Source: an uncultured Bacillaceae bacterium (GTDB lineage Bacteria > Bacillota > Bacilli > Bacillales > Cytobacillaceae). From it: a stretch of 64,000 nt of DNA. Location: the NCBI GenBank assembly GCA_937995745.1, contig CALKIU010000069.1:33337-97336 (forward strand). Reading direction: 5' to 3'. The translations under genes and the position numbers were made by a program. The first letter of the stretch is position 1. Each line of letters opens with the position of its first letter. The notes below the pieces were generated by a model. It was not told the DNA's origin. It searched no databases and saw only the letters and a program-made list of their open reading frames with translations. Positions 17,895 through 26,367 of the stretch are shown here, piece after piece.

Positions 17895-19313
17895 ATGGGG
17901 AAGGGAGACAGGCTGACGAATCCGGCAAAGGAAGTCATGAATATGGCGAAAAATCCGTTCAAGCAGCTTGAAACTATAAAAATTGCCGCGCAAAAAGGGA
18001 GACGGATCACCGATTGTTTTCGTCTGTTATATAAAGAAGAACTTTGGCTCAAAGCATTGGAACGTTTACAATTGCCTAAAAGCGGTTCTTATCGGACGGA
18101 AGCCGCTTGTTTGGAGGAAATCAGGCGATCGATCGAGAATTTAAGAAATGGCGCGTATCGCCGCACCTTTTTTGCTTCCCCCATGAAAGGAAATGAGGAT
18201 GTAAAACCGTTTCTTAAAGAATTTCTCCTTTTGGAGGCGATGAGATTCATTCTCGAAGCGGTGTTTGCGCACCGGATATCCTCCGCAAAACATATGGAGG
18301 ATTCAAGAGCGCCTTTTGCTGCCTTACTCAGAGTAAAGAGAACTTTTGGCGCTTACACCTGGTGCATAAAAGGCGAAATCGCCTCCGGTATTTGCAGCCG
18401 CCAGTTATTGCAGTTCGTAGGGGCAAAAATTGACGACAGGCGCTTTCTGTATATAATCAAGAAAGTCTTGGCATCGGGCATTCTCAAACACAGACGGGCC
18501 CGTTCATTCCGCGGATTATTGGAGCGGATTTGCTTTTCGGAATTGGATCACTTTGTGCAAATATGCGCAGAGAACTATTTTCGCCGGAAAGAGCATTTCG
18601 GAAAAATAAATTATATCCGATCCGGACGTGAATTCGTCATCGGCTTGTCCTGTACAAAACAGTTGGCGCGCAGCCTGCTCGCGGATTTGGAGATATTCCT
18701 GTATGAACAGCTTGGCTTCAGTAAAAGTGAAAGCCGGGTACAGCTCTTTCATTTGGAAAAACGTGTCCCTTTTCTCGGCTACGAATTTTGCCGCTTGAAG
18801 CAAAGGAAAAGCGGGCACAGCCCGGAAAGAGCGCGGTTAAAACCGGCCGGAGAACTTGCGGGACCGACAGACCGTAAAATTATTTTACTCATACCGGACC
18901 GGAAAATAAGGGAGTTTGCCCGAAAAAAGGGATATGGCCTGTTGGAAAACGGCGTCATTTCCCATCGGAAAAAATTAATCCATAAGACGGAAGAGGAAAT
19001 TTTGGCTCTTTATAATAAAGAACTAAAAAATTTTGCCCAATACTACCGGTTGGCGGCAAATATCCATCATTTAGACAAGCTTTTTTATATTGCCCGGGGA
19101 AGCTTTTTTAAAACGGTCGCGGCAAAGCGAAAAAGCTCTGTTGCTAAAACAGCGGAACATTTGCGGAAAAAAGGATTGCGGATCGTCAGCCGGCGAGCCG
19201 TATACTTCGAAAGGAGTACGTACGGTTCTGAGGGAGGGGAGGAAACCTGCCCTTTATCCGGCAAGGCGCCTTATCCCGACCCTACGATCCGACACCGAGC
19301 AGAGAGGATATAG
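17895..19313 (+). CDS. Intron-encoded protein: degenerate reverse transcriptase with retained maturase (X/thumb) domain, no DNA-binding/endonuclease domain
   Basis: Collinear by eye with LtrA-type IEPs. The YADD position reads [17 protein letters not shown] reads KPFLKE, and GDIKGCFD reads GEIASGIC. The X domain is kept ([45 protein letters not shown]). The start may be ATG 17937 or 17943. The stop lies in exon 2. Confidence 0.7.
   Translation: MGKGDRLTNPAKEVMNMAKNPFKQLETIKIAAQKGRRITDCFRLLYKEELWLKALERLQLPKSGSYRTEAACLEEIRRSIENLRNGAYRRTFFASPMKGNEDVKPFLKEFLLLEAMRFILEAVFAHRISSAKHMEDSRAPFAALLRVKRTFGAYTWCIKGEIASGICSRQLLQFVGAKIDDRRFLYIIKKVLASGILKHRRARSFRGLLERICFSELDHFVQICAENYFRRKEHFGKINYIRSGREFVIGLSCTKQLARSLLADLEIFLYEQLGFSKSESRVQLFHLEKRVPFLGYEFCRLKQRKSGHSPERARLKPAGELAGPTDRKIILLIPDRKIREFARKKGYGLLENGVISHRKKLIHKTEEEILALYNKELKNFAQYYRLAANIHHLDKLFYIARGSFFKTVAAKRKSSVAKTAEHLRKKGLRIVSRRAVYFERSTYGSEGGEETCPLSGKAPYPDPTIRHRAERI
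19195..19228 (+). ncRNA. Group II intron domain V
   Basis: 34 nt with the AGC triad, an AC bulge and a GAAA tetraloop; differs from my recollection of Ll.LtrB domain V only in the upper stem and loop. Confidence 0.8.
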
Positions 19314-19426
19314 ATGTGACGAAGAGACTTGCAGAATCAGGAAAAATTCTCGGCATTGAACTGCTGGATCACGTCATTATCGGAGAAAACAAATATGTCA
19401 GTTTAAAGGAAAAAGGCTATATATAA
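19286..19426 (+). CDS. radC: RadC, exon 2 of 2
   Basis: [46 protein letters not shown], the conserved RadC C-terminus completing the JAMM motif. Phase 0 with exon 1. Confidence 0.8.
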   Translation, partial: DPTPSREDIDVTKRLAESGKILGIELLDHVIIGENKYVSLKEKGYI

Positions 19427-19509
19427 AACTATGCATTTAAACATCTTTTATATATAATATACTTGTAAATTTGACAGGGGCTTTTCCGCAAGTGAAAACC
19501 ATTTTATGG

Positions 19510-19537
19510 TTGAAAAAATCCCGAAATTGGGTATGAT
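19510..19537 (+). promoter_or_regulatory. Candidate sigma-A promoter for mreBCD
   Basis: TTGAAA-16 nt-TATGAT; would give a ~190-nt leader. Confidence 0.3.
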
Positions 19538-19736
19538 ACTCATTGGTATAAAAGATTTTTGGATTGCCCACCATGAGGATCGACAATCGCGCTTCGACAA
19601 ACAGGAAGCCGGGATCTTCCCCGATCTTCCTCACAAGATTCACCATATGCCAAAAGCGAGTACGAGGGTAAAGTTGCCGGATTTGTGATGAAATCATCGG
19701 AGCTTTAGGAACGTATCAGAAAGGGAGATACTGTAA

Positions 19737-20759
19737 ATGTTTGGAATTGGAACAAGAGATCTTGGAATAGACTTGGGTACTGCGAATACTTTGGTTTACG
19801 TGAAAGGAAAAGGAATTGCCGTTCGGGAACCTTCAGTAGTGGCGTTGCAAACAGATACAAAAACGATTGTTGCAGTCGGTAATGAGGCAAAAAACATGAT
19901 TGGCCGCACTCCGGGAAATATCATCGCCCTGAGGCCGATGAAAGACGGAGTTATCGCCGATTACGACACGACGGCAACGATGATGAAATATTACATAAAT
20001 AAAGCTTTGAAGAAGAAAGGCCCTTTTACCGGCAAGCCTTATGTCATGATTTGTGTTCCTTCCGGAATCACAGCCGTGGAAGAACGTGCGGTGATCGATG
20101 CCACCCGTCAGGCGGGTGCCCGTGATGCCTATACGATTGAGGAACCTTTTGCGGCGGCTATCGGAGCCAATCTTCCGGTTTGGGAACCGACCGGAAGCAT
20201 GGTTGTCGACATAGGGGGAGGAACGACAGAAGTAGCCGTCATTTCTCTCGGCGGCATTGTTACAAGTCAAACAATCCGCATTGCCGGCGATGAAATGGAT
20301 GAAGCGATGGTCAATTATATACGGAAAAATTATAATTTGATGATTGGCGACCGTACGGCCGAAATGATTAAAATGGAAATCGGCAGCGCCGGTGATCCGG
20401 AAGGAATAGAGAACATGGAAATCCGCGGCCGTGATTTATTGACCGGTTTGCCAAAAACGATTGAAATTACCGCAGAAGAAATTTCCAGAGCACTGCGGGA
20501 TCCTGTGTATGCCATCGTGGATGCCGTCAAAGTCACTTTGGAAAAAACCCCTCCGGAGCTTGCAGCCGATATTATGGACAGGGGAATTGTGCTGACAGGC
20601 GGGGGAGCTCTTCTTCGCAACCTCGACAAAGTGATCAGTGAAGAGACAAATATGCCGGTATTGATTGCGGAAAATCCGTTGGATTGTGTGGCCATCGGGA
20701 CAGGCAAAGCTCTCGATAACATTGATCTGTTTAAAAACCGCGCCAGAGAGTCCCGTTGA
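19737..20759 (+). CDS. mreB: Rod-shape determining actin homologue MreB
   Basis: [27 protein letters not shown]...[16 protein letters not shown]...VLTGGGALL. Confidence 0.9.
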   Translation: MFGIGTRDLGIDLGTANTLVYVKGKGIAVREPSVVALQTDTKTIVAVGNEAKNMIGRTPGNIIALRPMKDGVIADYDTTATMMKYYINKALKKKGPFTGKPYVMICVPSGITAVEERAVIDATRQAGARDAYTIEEPFAAAIGANLPVWEPTGSMVVDIGGGTTEVAVISLGGIVTSQTIRIAGDEMDEAMVNYIRKNYNLMIGDRTAEMIKMEIGSAGDPEGIENMEIRGRDLLTGLPKTIEITAEEISRALRDPVYAIVDAVKVTLEKTPPELAADIMDRGIVLTGGGALLRNLDKVISEETNMPVLIAENPLDCVAIGTGKALDNIDLFKNRARESR

Positions 20760-21112
20760 GTGAAAGCGCCGAAATTGAGGTCATTCCTGCAAGTCAGGAA
20801 GAATTTTTTCTTTCTGATTTGCAGGAATCATTATTGTTTTTGTCAGCAAATTTGGCCATTAAAGTTAAAATTTCCGGCTGTATGTTGGTCTCTTGCGGCT
20901 GCACCATCCGGAATAAAGCTTTCACCGGTTTTATCCCCGATATTTTTTTGCGTCCGGGAAAATGACTTTTTTTTCCTTCTCGAAGGACGCATCTTTCCCG
21001 ACTTTTGAAAAACAAAATACATGTTTTGCATGAATAGGAAGAAAAATTTTACAAACCAATTGTGAAAAATTAAGGTTTTCTTTTTTTATTTAAATCGAAA
21101 TGTCCCCAATAA

Positions 21113-21121
21113 TGGTATGAT
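21113..21121 (+). promoter_or_regulatory. Candidate extended -10 promoter inside the mreB-mreC spacer
   Basis: TGgTATGAT; no convincing -35. Confidence 0.25.
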
Positions 21122-21305
21122 AGAATTAATGAATTTTTCCGTTTTTCAGGCGGGTTTGCCGGTGCGGAATGGCAGACGGTTGCTTTCTTTCCGAATATCG
21201 TTGTTTAGTCCCAATTTTAATTTTCCGGGAAAGACGGGAATCGGTCAACGCCCCCTTGTAAAAAGTCCATCTTTTCATCCAGAATGACAAATAGAGGTGT
21301 CGGCA

Positions 21306-22193
21306 ATGCCACAATTTTTCTTGAATAAGCGTTTGATTATCCTGCTCGTCAGCATCATCATTCTCGTGGCATTAATAGGATTTTCTTTGAGAGACCGAGA
21401 GCAGTTAACGTGGCCCGAACAATTTCTGAAAGATACGACCGGATTCGTGCAACAAATTTTGGCGGTACCGACAGGATATTTGACCGATTTTTTTGAAAAT
21501 GTAAGAGGCTTGCTGGATACATATGAGGAAAATAAAGAACTGAAAAAACGGTTGGATGAATTGGCCCGGTTGGAAGTGGAAGTTCAGATGCTGGCCAAGG
21601 AAAACGGCGAACTTCGTGAAATTCTCGATAAAAAAGATTCGCTGCGGGATTTTCAATCCATACAGGCGACCGTGATCGCGAGAAATGCCGATCGTTGGGA
21701 AGAATTGCTGATCATTAACAAAGGCAAGACCAACGGTGTTGAAAAAAATATGGCTGTGATTACGGCAAACGGGCTGATAGGAAAAGTCAAGAGCACCCAG
21801 CAGTTTACTTCAACGATTCAACTTCTAAGCTCCATGGATCCGACCAACAGAATTTCCGCGGAAATACTGCGGGGAGAAGATGAGGAATCTATTTACGGGA
21901 CGATAGAAGGGTATGATGAAAAACGGGGATTATTAAAATTAAAAAGAATCCCCTTTGATGCAAAGGTGAAAAAAGGCCAAAAAGTTGTTACATCGGGAAT
22001 GGGCGGAATTTTTCCCGCCGGATTGCCCATTGGCGAAGTGGTCGACGTGGAGCCGGATGAATTCGGTCTCAATCAAACGGCTTATGTGAAACCGGGAGCA
22101 AATTTGTACGATATTAAAAACGTGATTGTTGTCAAAAGAGGAATGATCAAGCCTGATGCGGGCGGGAACGCTGAAGAGGAGGAGGAGGAATAG
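21306..22193 (+). CDS. mreC: Rod-shape determining protein MreC
   Basis: MPQFFLNKRLIILLVSIIILVAL, a coiled coil, then a beta-domain. AGAGGTG lies 7 nt upstream of ATG 21306. Confidence 0.85.
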   Translation: MPQFFLNKRLIILLVSIIILVALIGFSLRDREQLTWPEQFLKDTTGFVQQILAVPTGYLTDFFENVRGLLDTYEENKELKKRLDELARLEVEVQMLAKENGELREILDKKDSLRDFQSIQATVIARNADRWEELLIINKGKTNGVEKNMAVITANGLIGKVKSTQQFTSTIQLLSSMDPTNRISAEILRGEDEESIYGTIEGYDEKRGLLKLKRIPFDAKVKKGQKVVTSGMGGIFPAGLPIGEVVDVEPDEFGLNQTAYVKPGANLYDIKNVIVVKRGMIKPDAGGNAEEEEEE

Positions 22194-22711
22194 TGAAAAA
22201 ACTCCTTCTTCCCCTTTTATTTTTGTTTTTGTTTGTCTTTGAAAGTATATTTATTGAATTTCTTCCGCTGAAAATGTTTGGCAATGAAGTTATTTTCGTG
22301 CCCCGTTTATTGCTGATTGCCATATTGTTTTTTACCATTTTCGGCGATGTCAAGCAGGGCATCTTAACCGGTTTTATCATGGGGCTTCTGTTTGATGTCG
22401 TTTATACGGGAATTTTGGGAATTTATTTGGTTCTTTTTCCTCTGATTGCTTTTTTGGTTTCAAAAATAATGAAAGCTCTACAGGCCAATGCCGTTATCCT
22501 GACATTCGTGTCATTAGTTGCAATCACTTTGTTGGAATTTGCCGTTTATGAAATGAATTATCTAATCAAAATTACAAATATGGAGTTTTCGGCGTTTCTT
22601 GAGAAACGACTTTTGCCCACACTTATTTTGAACTTGCTGGTCACAATCATCATCGGTTATCCCCTGAAACGGTTTTTCGAAAAATACAAGAAGGAAATCA
22701 TCAAAGAGTAG
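22193..22711 (+). CDS. mreD: Rod-shape determining protein MreD
   Basis: 172-aa polytopic membrane protein; GTG start behind GGAGGAGG, overlapping the mreC stop. Confidence 0.75.
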   Translation: MKKLLLPLLFLFLFVFESIFIEFLPLKMFGNEVIFVPRLLLIAILFFTIFGDVKQGILTGFIMGLLFDVVYTGILGIYLVLFPLIAFLVSKIMKALQANAVILTFVSLVAITLLEFAVYEMNYLIKITNMEFSAFLEKRLLPTLILNLLVTIIIGYPLKRFFEKYKKEIIKE

Positions 22712-22920
22712 GGCGAAATATAGACAGTTTTTTTAGAGCATTGCTTTCCAAGAGGCGCCGTCTATTTCCCGGTCACGTTGAAAAAAGAGACTTTTTCACA
22801 AATATATGTTTTTGTAAGAAGGATTTTTTAAGGTTTTGTCGAACAGTTTTACGTATAATGGAAAAATATTTAAATATATCGTCCTGAAGCTGTGTCTTCG
22901 CACGAAGAGGTGAACACTTC

Positions 22921-23604
22921 ATGAAAAAAAAACAGAATGTGGTCATAAAAGGGACGAAAGAAGGGTTAACTTTTCATCTGTGTGATGCATGTTCTTTTGA
23001 GGAATTGAAAAGAGAACTGGAGGAACGCTTGACTGAAAATACATTCTTGCATAATGACAGCCAGCCGATCAGCGTGAAAGTTCACAGCGGCAATCGATAT
23101 TTGTCAGAAGACCAGAAGGACGAGATAAGAAATATAATCGGAAAAAAGAGAAATTTAGTCATAGAATCTTTTGATGCCAATGTGATCACCAAGGCTGAAG
23201 CAAAAGAGTTGGCAGCGCAAAATGAGATCATTTCTGTGGCAAGAATTGTCCGTTCCGGCCAAATACTTGCCGTTCCCGGAGATCTTCTTCTCGTCGGCGA
23301 TGTGAATCCCGGCGGAATGGTGATGGCGGGCGGAAATATATTTATTATGGGAGCGTTGAAAGGGATCGCCCATGCCGGTGTGAATGGGAACTCATCAGCG
23401 ATTATTTCCGCCTCTGTCATGAAGCCAACCCAGCTTAGAATCAATGACTGCATTACCCGGGCTCCTGATGGGGGATTTCCGGAAAATGAAAGAAGAGGCA
23501 TGGAATGTGCCTACATCGATGAAGACAATCGGATTGTGATTGATAGATTGCAAGTGTTAATACAACTGAGACCGAACTTAACGAGATTGGAAGGGGGATT
23601 CTAG
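22921..23604 (+). CDS. minC: Septum site-determining protein MinC
   Basis: 227 aa; C-terminal beta-helix repeats (GDVNPGGMVMAGGNIFIMGALKGIAHAG). Confidence 0.85.
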   Translation: MKKKQNVVIKGTKEGLTFHLCDACSFEELKRELEERLTENTFLHNDSQPISVKVHSGNRYLSEDQKDEIRNIIGKKRNLVIESFDANVITKAEAKELAAQNEIISVARIVRSGQILAVPGDLLLVGDVNPGGMVMAGGNIFIMGALKGIAHAGVNGNSSAIISASVMKPTQLRINDCITRAPDGGFPENERRGMECAYIDEDNRIVIDRLQVLIQLRPNLTRLEGGF

Positions 23605-23605
23605 A

Positions 23606-24409
23606 TTGGGAGAAGCGATAGTGGTTACGTCCGGAAAAGGCGGAGTGGGAAAAACAACAACTACGGCCAATATTGGCACCGCCCTTGCTCTTAAAGAGAA
23701 GCGGGTTTGTTTAGTGGATACCGATATCGGGTTGAGAAACTTGGATGTCGTCATGGGGCTTGAAAACCGGATCATTTATGACCTCGTCGATGTGGTGGTG
23801 GGAAGATGCAAACTTCACCAAGCATTGGTGAAGGACAAACGTTTTGATAATAAATTATATTTGCTGCCCGCCGCACAGGCGAGCGATAAAACGGCGGTCA
23901 CCCCGGAACAGATGAAAACTTTGATTGATGAATTAAAACAAGATTTTGATTACGTCATCATTGATTGCCCGGCCGGGATTGAACAAGGATTCAAGAACGC
24001 CATCGCCGGAGCGGATCGGGCTCTCGTGGTCACAACCCCCGAAGTATCGGCTGTCAGAGATGCCGACCGCATCATTGGCATTCTTGAAAAAGAAGAAAGG
24101 ATTGCCCCGCCCCGCCTAATCATTAACCGGCTCCGGAATCATTTGATGAAAACAGGGGATATGCTTGATATAGACGAGATCACTACTCATCTTTCCATTG
24201 ATTTAATCGGGGTTGTCGTAGATGATGACGAAGTGATCAAGTCAACGACGCACGGGGAACCGATCGTTTTAAATCCCAACAGCAAAGCAGCTATCGCTTA
24301 CCGCAACATTGCCCGGAGAATTCTCGGGGAATCTGTGCCGCTCCAGCCCTTGGAGGACGAACAAAAAGGGGTCTTTTCCAAATTGAAAAAGCTGTTCGCC
24401 GGTAAATGA
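23606..24409 (+). CDS. minD: Septum site-determining ATPase MinD
   Basis: Deviant Walker A SGKGGVGKTT; C-terminal amphipathic helix KGVFSKLKKLFAGK. Confidence 0.9.
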   Translation: MGEAIVVTSGKGGVGKTTTTANIGTALALKEKRVCLVDTDIGLRNLDVVMGLENRIIYDLVDVVVGRCKLHQALVKDKRFDNKLYLLPAAQASDKTAVTPEQMKTLIDELKQDFDYVIIDCPAGIEQGFKNAIAGADRALVVTTPEVSAVRDADRIIGILEKEERIAPPRLIINRLRNHLMKTGDMLDIDEITTHLSIDLIGVVVDDDEVIKSTTHGEPIVLNPNSKAAIAYRNIARRILGESVPLQPLEDEQKGVFSKLKKLFAGK

Positions 24410-24511
24410 AACCGCGGAAAAAGATATATTGTCCTTTGTTTATGGATATGTCCAGAAAGGCTTCCTCCTGCCGCAAAAACGGGTTACGGAACGCCTTTCT
24501 TTTTTGTTTTT

Positions 24512-24542
24512 GTCATACTTTTGCAGGACAAAACATAGACTT
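24512..24542 (+). promoter_or_regulatory. Candidate sigma-E promoter for spoIVFAB
   Basis: GTCATACTT ...16 nt after ATA... CATAGACT, compared with the sigma-E consensus ATA-N16-18-CATACA-T. spoIVF is sigma-E dependent in B. subtilis. Confidence 0.3.
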
Positions 24543-24573
24543 GTACAAAACGTACAAGGGATTGGTGGAGAGA

Positions 24574-25347
24574 ATGCGGTCGAGAGCCGATGAGTTCCGC
24601 AAACGGATGCTCAAGCGAAAGCGCGAACGGGAAAAGCTGTTGAAAAAGGCCGGCAAGGAATACCTGTTAGTGAGCGATGAGGAAAAATATGGTTTTGACA
24701 GAATCCCGACTTTCGGGGGAGAGTCTGGAGAACGCGGCTATCCTTTATTTCGCAAAGAATTTTTTTTATTTAAAATATTGGCTTCCGCCTGTTTGGTCCT
24801 CGTGGTGGCCATTGCCTTTCAAAACGAGGGAAAATATGCAGAGCCTTTTAAAACAGCGGTCACAAAAGCATTGGAACAAGATTTTCATTTTGCTTCGGTC
24901 TCTGATTGGTACGAAAAACATTTCGGAAAACCGCTCGCTCTTCTGCCGTTTAAAAATGACAAGAAAGACTCAGGTGCCGGCGATGATCCGGAATATGCCG
25001 TTCCCGCCACGGGGCGCATCTTGAAAGACTTTGATATGGACGGACAAAGCATTACGATTGAGACGGAAAAAGGGGAAAGCGTGTCCGCCATGAAGGAGGG
25101 AATTGTCCGCTTTATTGGAGAAAAGGAGGGGTTCGGCAAGACGGTTATTATCCAGCACAGTGATAAAAGCGAGAGCTGGTACGGAAATCTTCAGACAATA
25201 GATGCCGAACTTTATCAATTTATTGAAAAAGGGGCCCGTGTCGGCACCGCTTCGGACACGCCTGACGGAAAGAAGGGGTCGTTTAATTTTGCCATAAAAA
25301 AAGGGGACGATTTTATCGACCCGATTCAGGTGATCCAATTTGAATAA
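24574..25347 (+). CDS. spoIVFA: SpoIVFA (degenerate LytM/M23 domain regulator of SpoIVFB)
   Basis: Start moved to MRSRADEFRKRMLKRKRE (compare B. subtilis MSHRADEIRKRLEKRR). One TM; C-terminal M23-like fold without the metal ligands. Confidence 0.7.
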   Translation: MRSRADEFRKRMLKRKREREKLLKKAGKEYLLVSDEEKYGFDRIPTFGGESGERGYPLFRKEFFLFKILASACLVLVVAIAFQNEGKYAEPFKTAVTKALEQDFHFASVSDWYEKHFGKPLALLPFKNDKKDSGAGDDPEYAVPATGRILKDFDMDGQSITIETEKGESVSAMKEGIVRFIGEKEGFGKTVIIQHSDKSESWYGNLQTIDAELYQFIEKGARVGTASDTPDGKKGSFNFAIKKGDDFIDPIQVIQFE

Positions 25348-26206
25348 ATATTTCGGGCTGCTCGCAAAAACCCATATCCACCCGATAACGTGGCTGGCTG
25401 CCGCCTTTGCAGTCATCACCGGCCGATTTACGGATCTGGCAATGCTGTTTCTCATTGTTTTCGTCCATGAACTGGGCCACGGAGCGGCTGCCGCTTTTTT
25501 TTCGTGGCGGATCAGAAGATTATATTTGCTTCCTTTCGGCGGGGTGGCAGAGATGGACGAGCATGGCAACAGGCCCCTGAAAGAAGAAGCGATCGTTACG
25601 CTGGCCGGTCCGGCCCAGCATATTTGGTTGATGGGAGCGGCTTTCATTCTTTTTCAGCTTCAATGGATTTCCGCGTATAAGTTTGAACTGTTCATCCTGT
25701 ACAATTTCATGATTCTCTTTTTTAATATGCTGCCGATTTGGCCCCTTGACGGGGGAAAACTATTGTTTATGTTTTTGTCTTTGAACAGATCTTTTCCCGA
25801 CGCCATGCAAAAAGCGTTGATTGCATCCTTTGCCGGTCTCGGCATTTTCGCTTCTGCCTCTTTGATCTTGAATCCGTTCAATCTTCATTTTTGGATTGTC
25901 ACCTCTTTTCTGCTGTTTTCCCTTTATCAGGAGTGGAAACAAAGGCGTTATGTCTTCATGCGTTTTCTGTTGGAAAGATATTACGGAAAAAACTATGATT
26001 TGCGGAAACTGCAGCCGATTGTCACCGAGGAAAGCGATTTGATCATTGAGGTGTTGGAAAAATTTCAGCGGGGATGCAAACACCCGATTATTGTTAAAAG
26101 CGGGGGAGAAGAAAAAGCATGTCTAGATGAAAATGAACTTCTTCATGCCTATTTTTCGGAAAAATTATTAACGGCCAAGGTCGGGGATTTGCTTTACCAA
26201 TATTGA
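25340..26206 (+). CDS. spoIVFB: SpoIVFB site-2 protease (pro-sigma-K processing)
   Basis: HELGH (VFVHELGHGAAA) and NMLPIWPLDGG motifs, C-terminal CBS-like domain; TTG start overlaps the spoIVFA end. Confidence 0.85.
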   Translation: MNKYFGLLAKTHIHPITWLAAAFAVITGRFTDLAMLFLIVFVHELGHGAAAAFFSWRIRRLYLLPFGGVAEMDEHGNRPLKEEAIVTLAGPAQHIWLMGAAFILFQLQWISAYKFELFILYNFMILFFNMLPIWPLDGGKLLFMFLSLNRSFPDAMQKALIASFAGLGIFASASLILNPFNLHFWIVTSFLLFSLYQEWKQRRYVFMRFLLERYYGKNYDLRKLQPIVTEESDLIIEVLEKFQRGCKHPIIVKSGGEEKACLDENELLHAYFSEKLLTAKVGDLLYQY

Positions 26207-26218
26207 AGAGGGATAATA

Positions 26219-26246
26219 GAAGGGGGACGCCCCTTCATTGTTTTTT
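26219..26246 (+). terminator. Intrinsic terminator after spoIVFB
   Basis: GAAGGGG gacg CCCCTTC followed by attgTTTTTT. Confidence 0.6.
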
Positions 26247-26367
26247 GCCGCCGGCAATTGTTTTCCGGCGACTGCGATGTAGGGGAAGCGGGATCTTTCA
26301 AAACCGTTTCTGATTGTTCCCGTTGATGTGCTGTGATTGTGCAAAATGGATTTTAAACAAAGAGTGG

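Larger units (their letters stand above)
17412..19285 (+). mobile_element. Group II intron (IIA-like, Ll.LtrB-like core) inserted in radC in the sense orientation
   Basis: 5' GUGCGCC. Domain V GAGCCGUAUACUUCGAAAGGAGUACGUACGGUUC at 19195..19228. Domain VI-like helix with bulged A at 19279, 7 nt from the 3' end (...CCCUAC). Removal joins HNHPSG to [15 protein letters not shown] in frame. Confidence 0.85.

Noticed and set aside
17600-18052. 150-aa minus-strand ORF inside the intron
   Set aside because: It overlaps intron domain I-IV RNA and the start of the intron-encoded protein on the opposite strand. It has no RBS and a Cys/Phe-rich composition typical of antisense noise.
24970-25647. 225-aa minus-strand ORF
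   Set aside because: It is antisense to spoIVFA and spoIVFB, both of which have diagnostic motifs on the plus strand.
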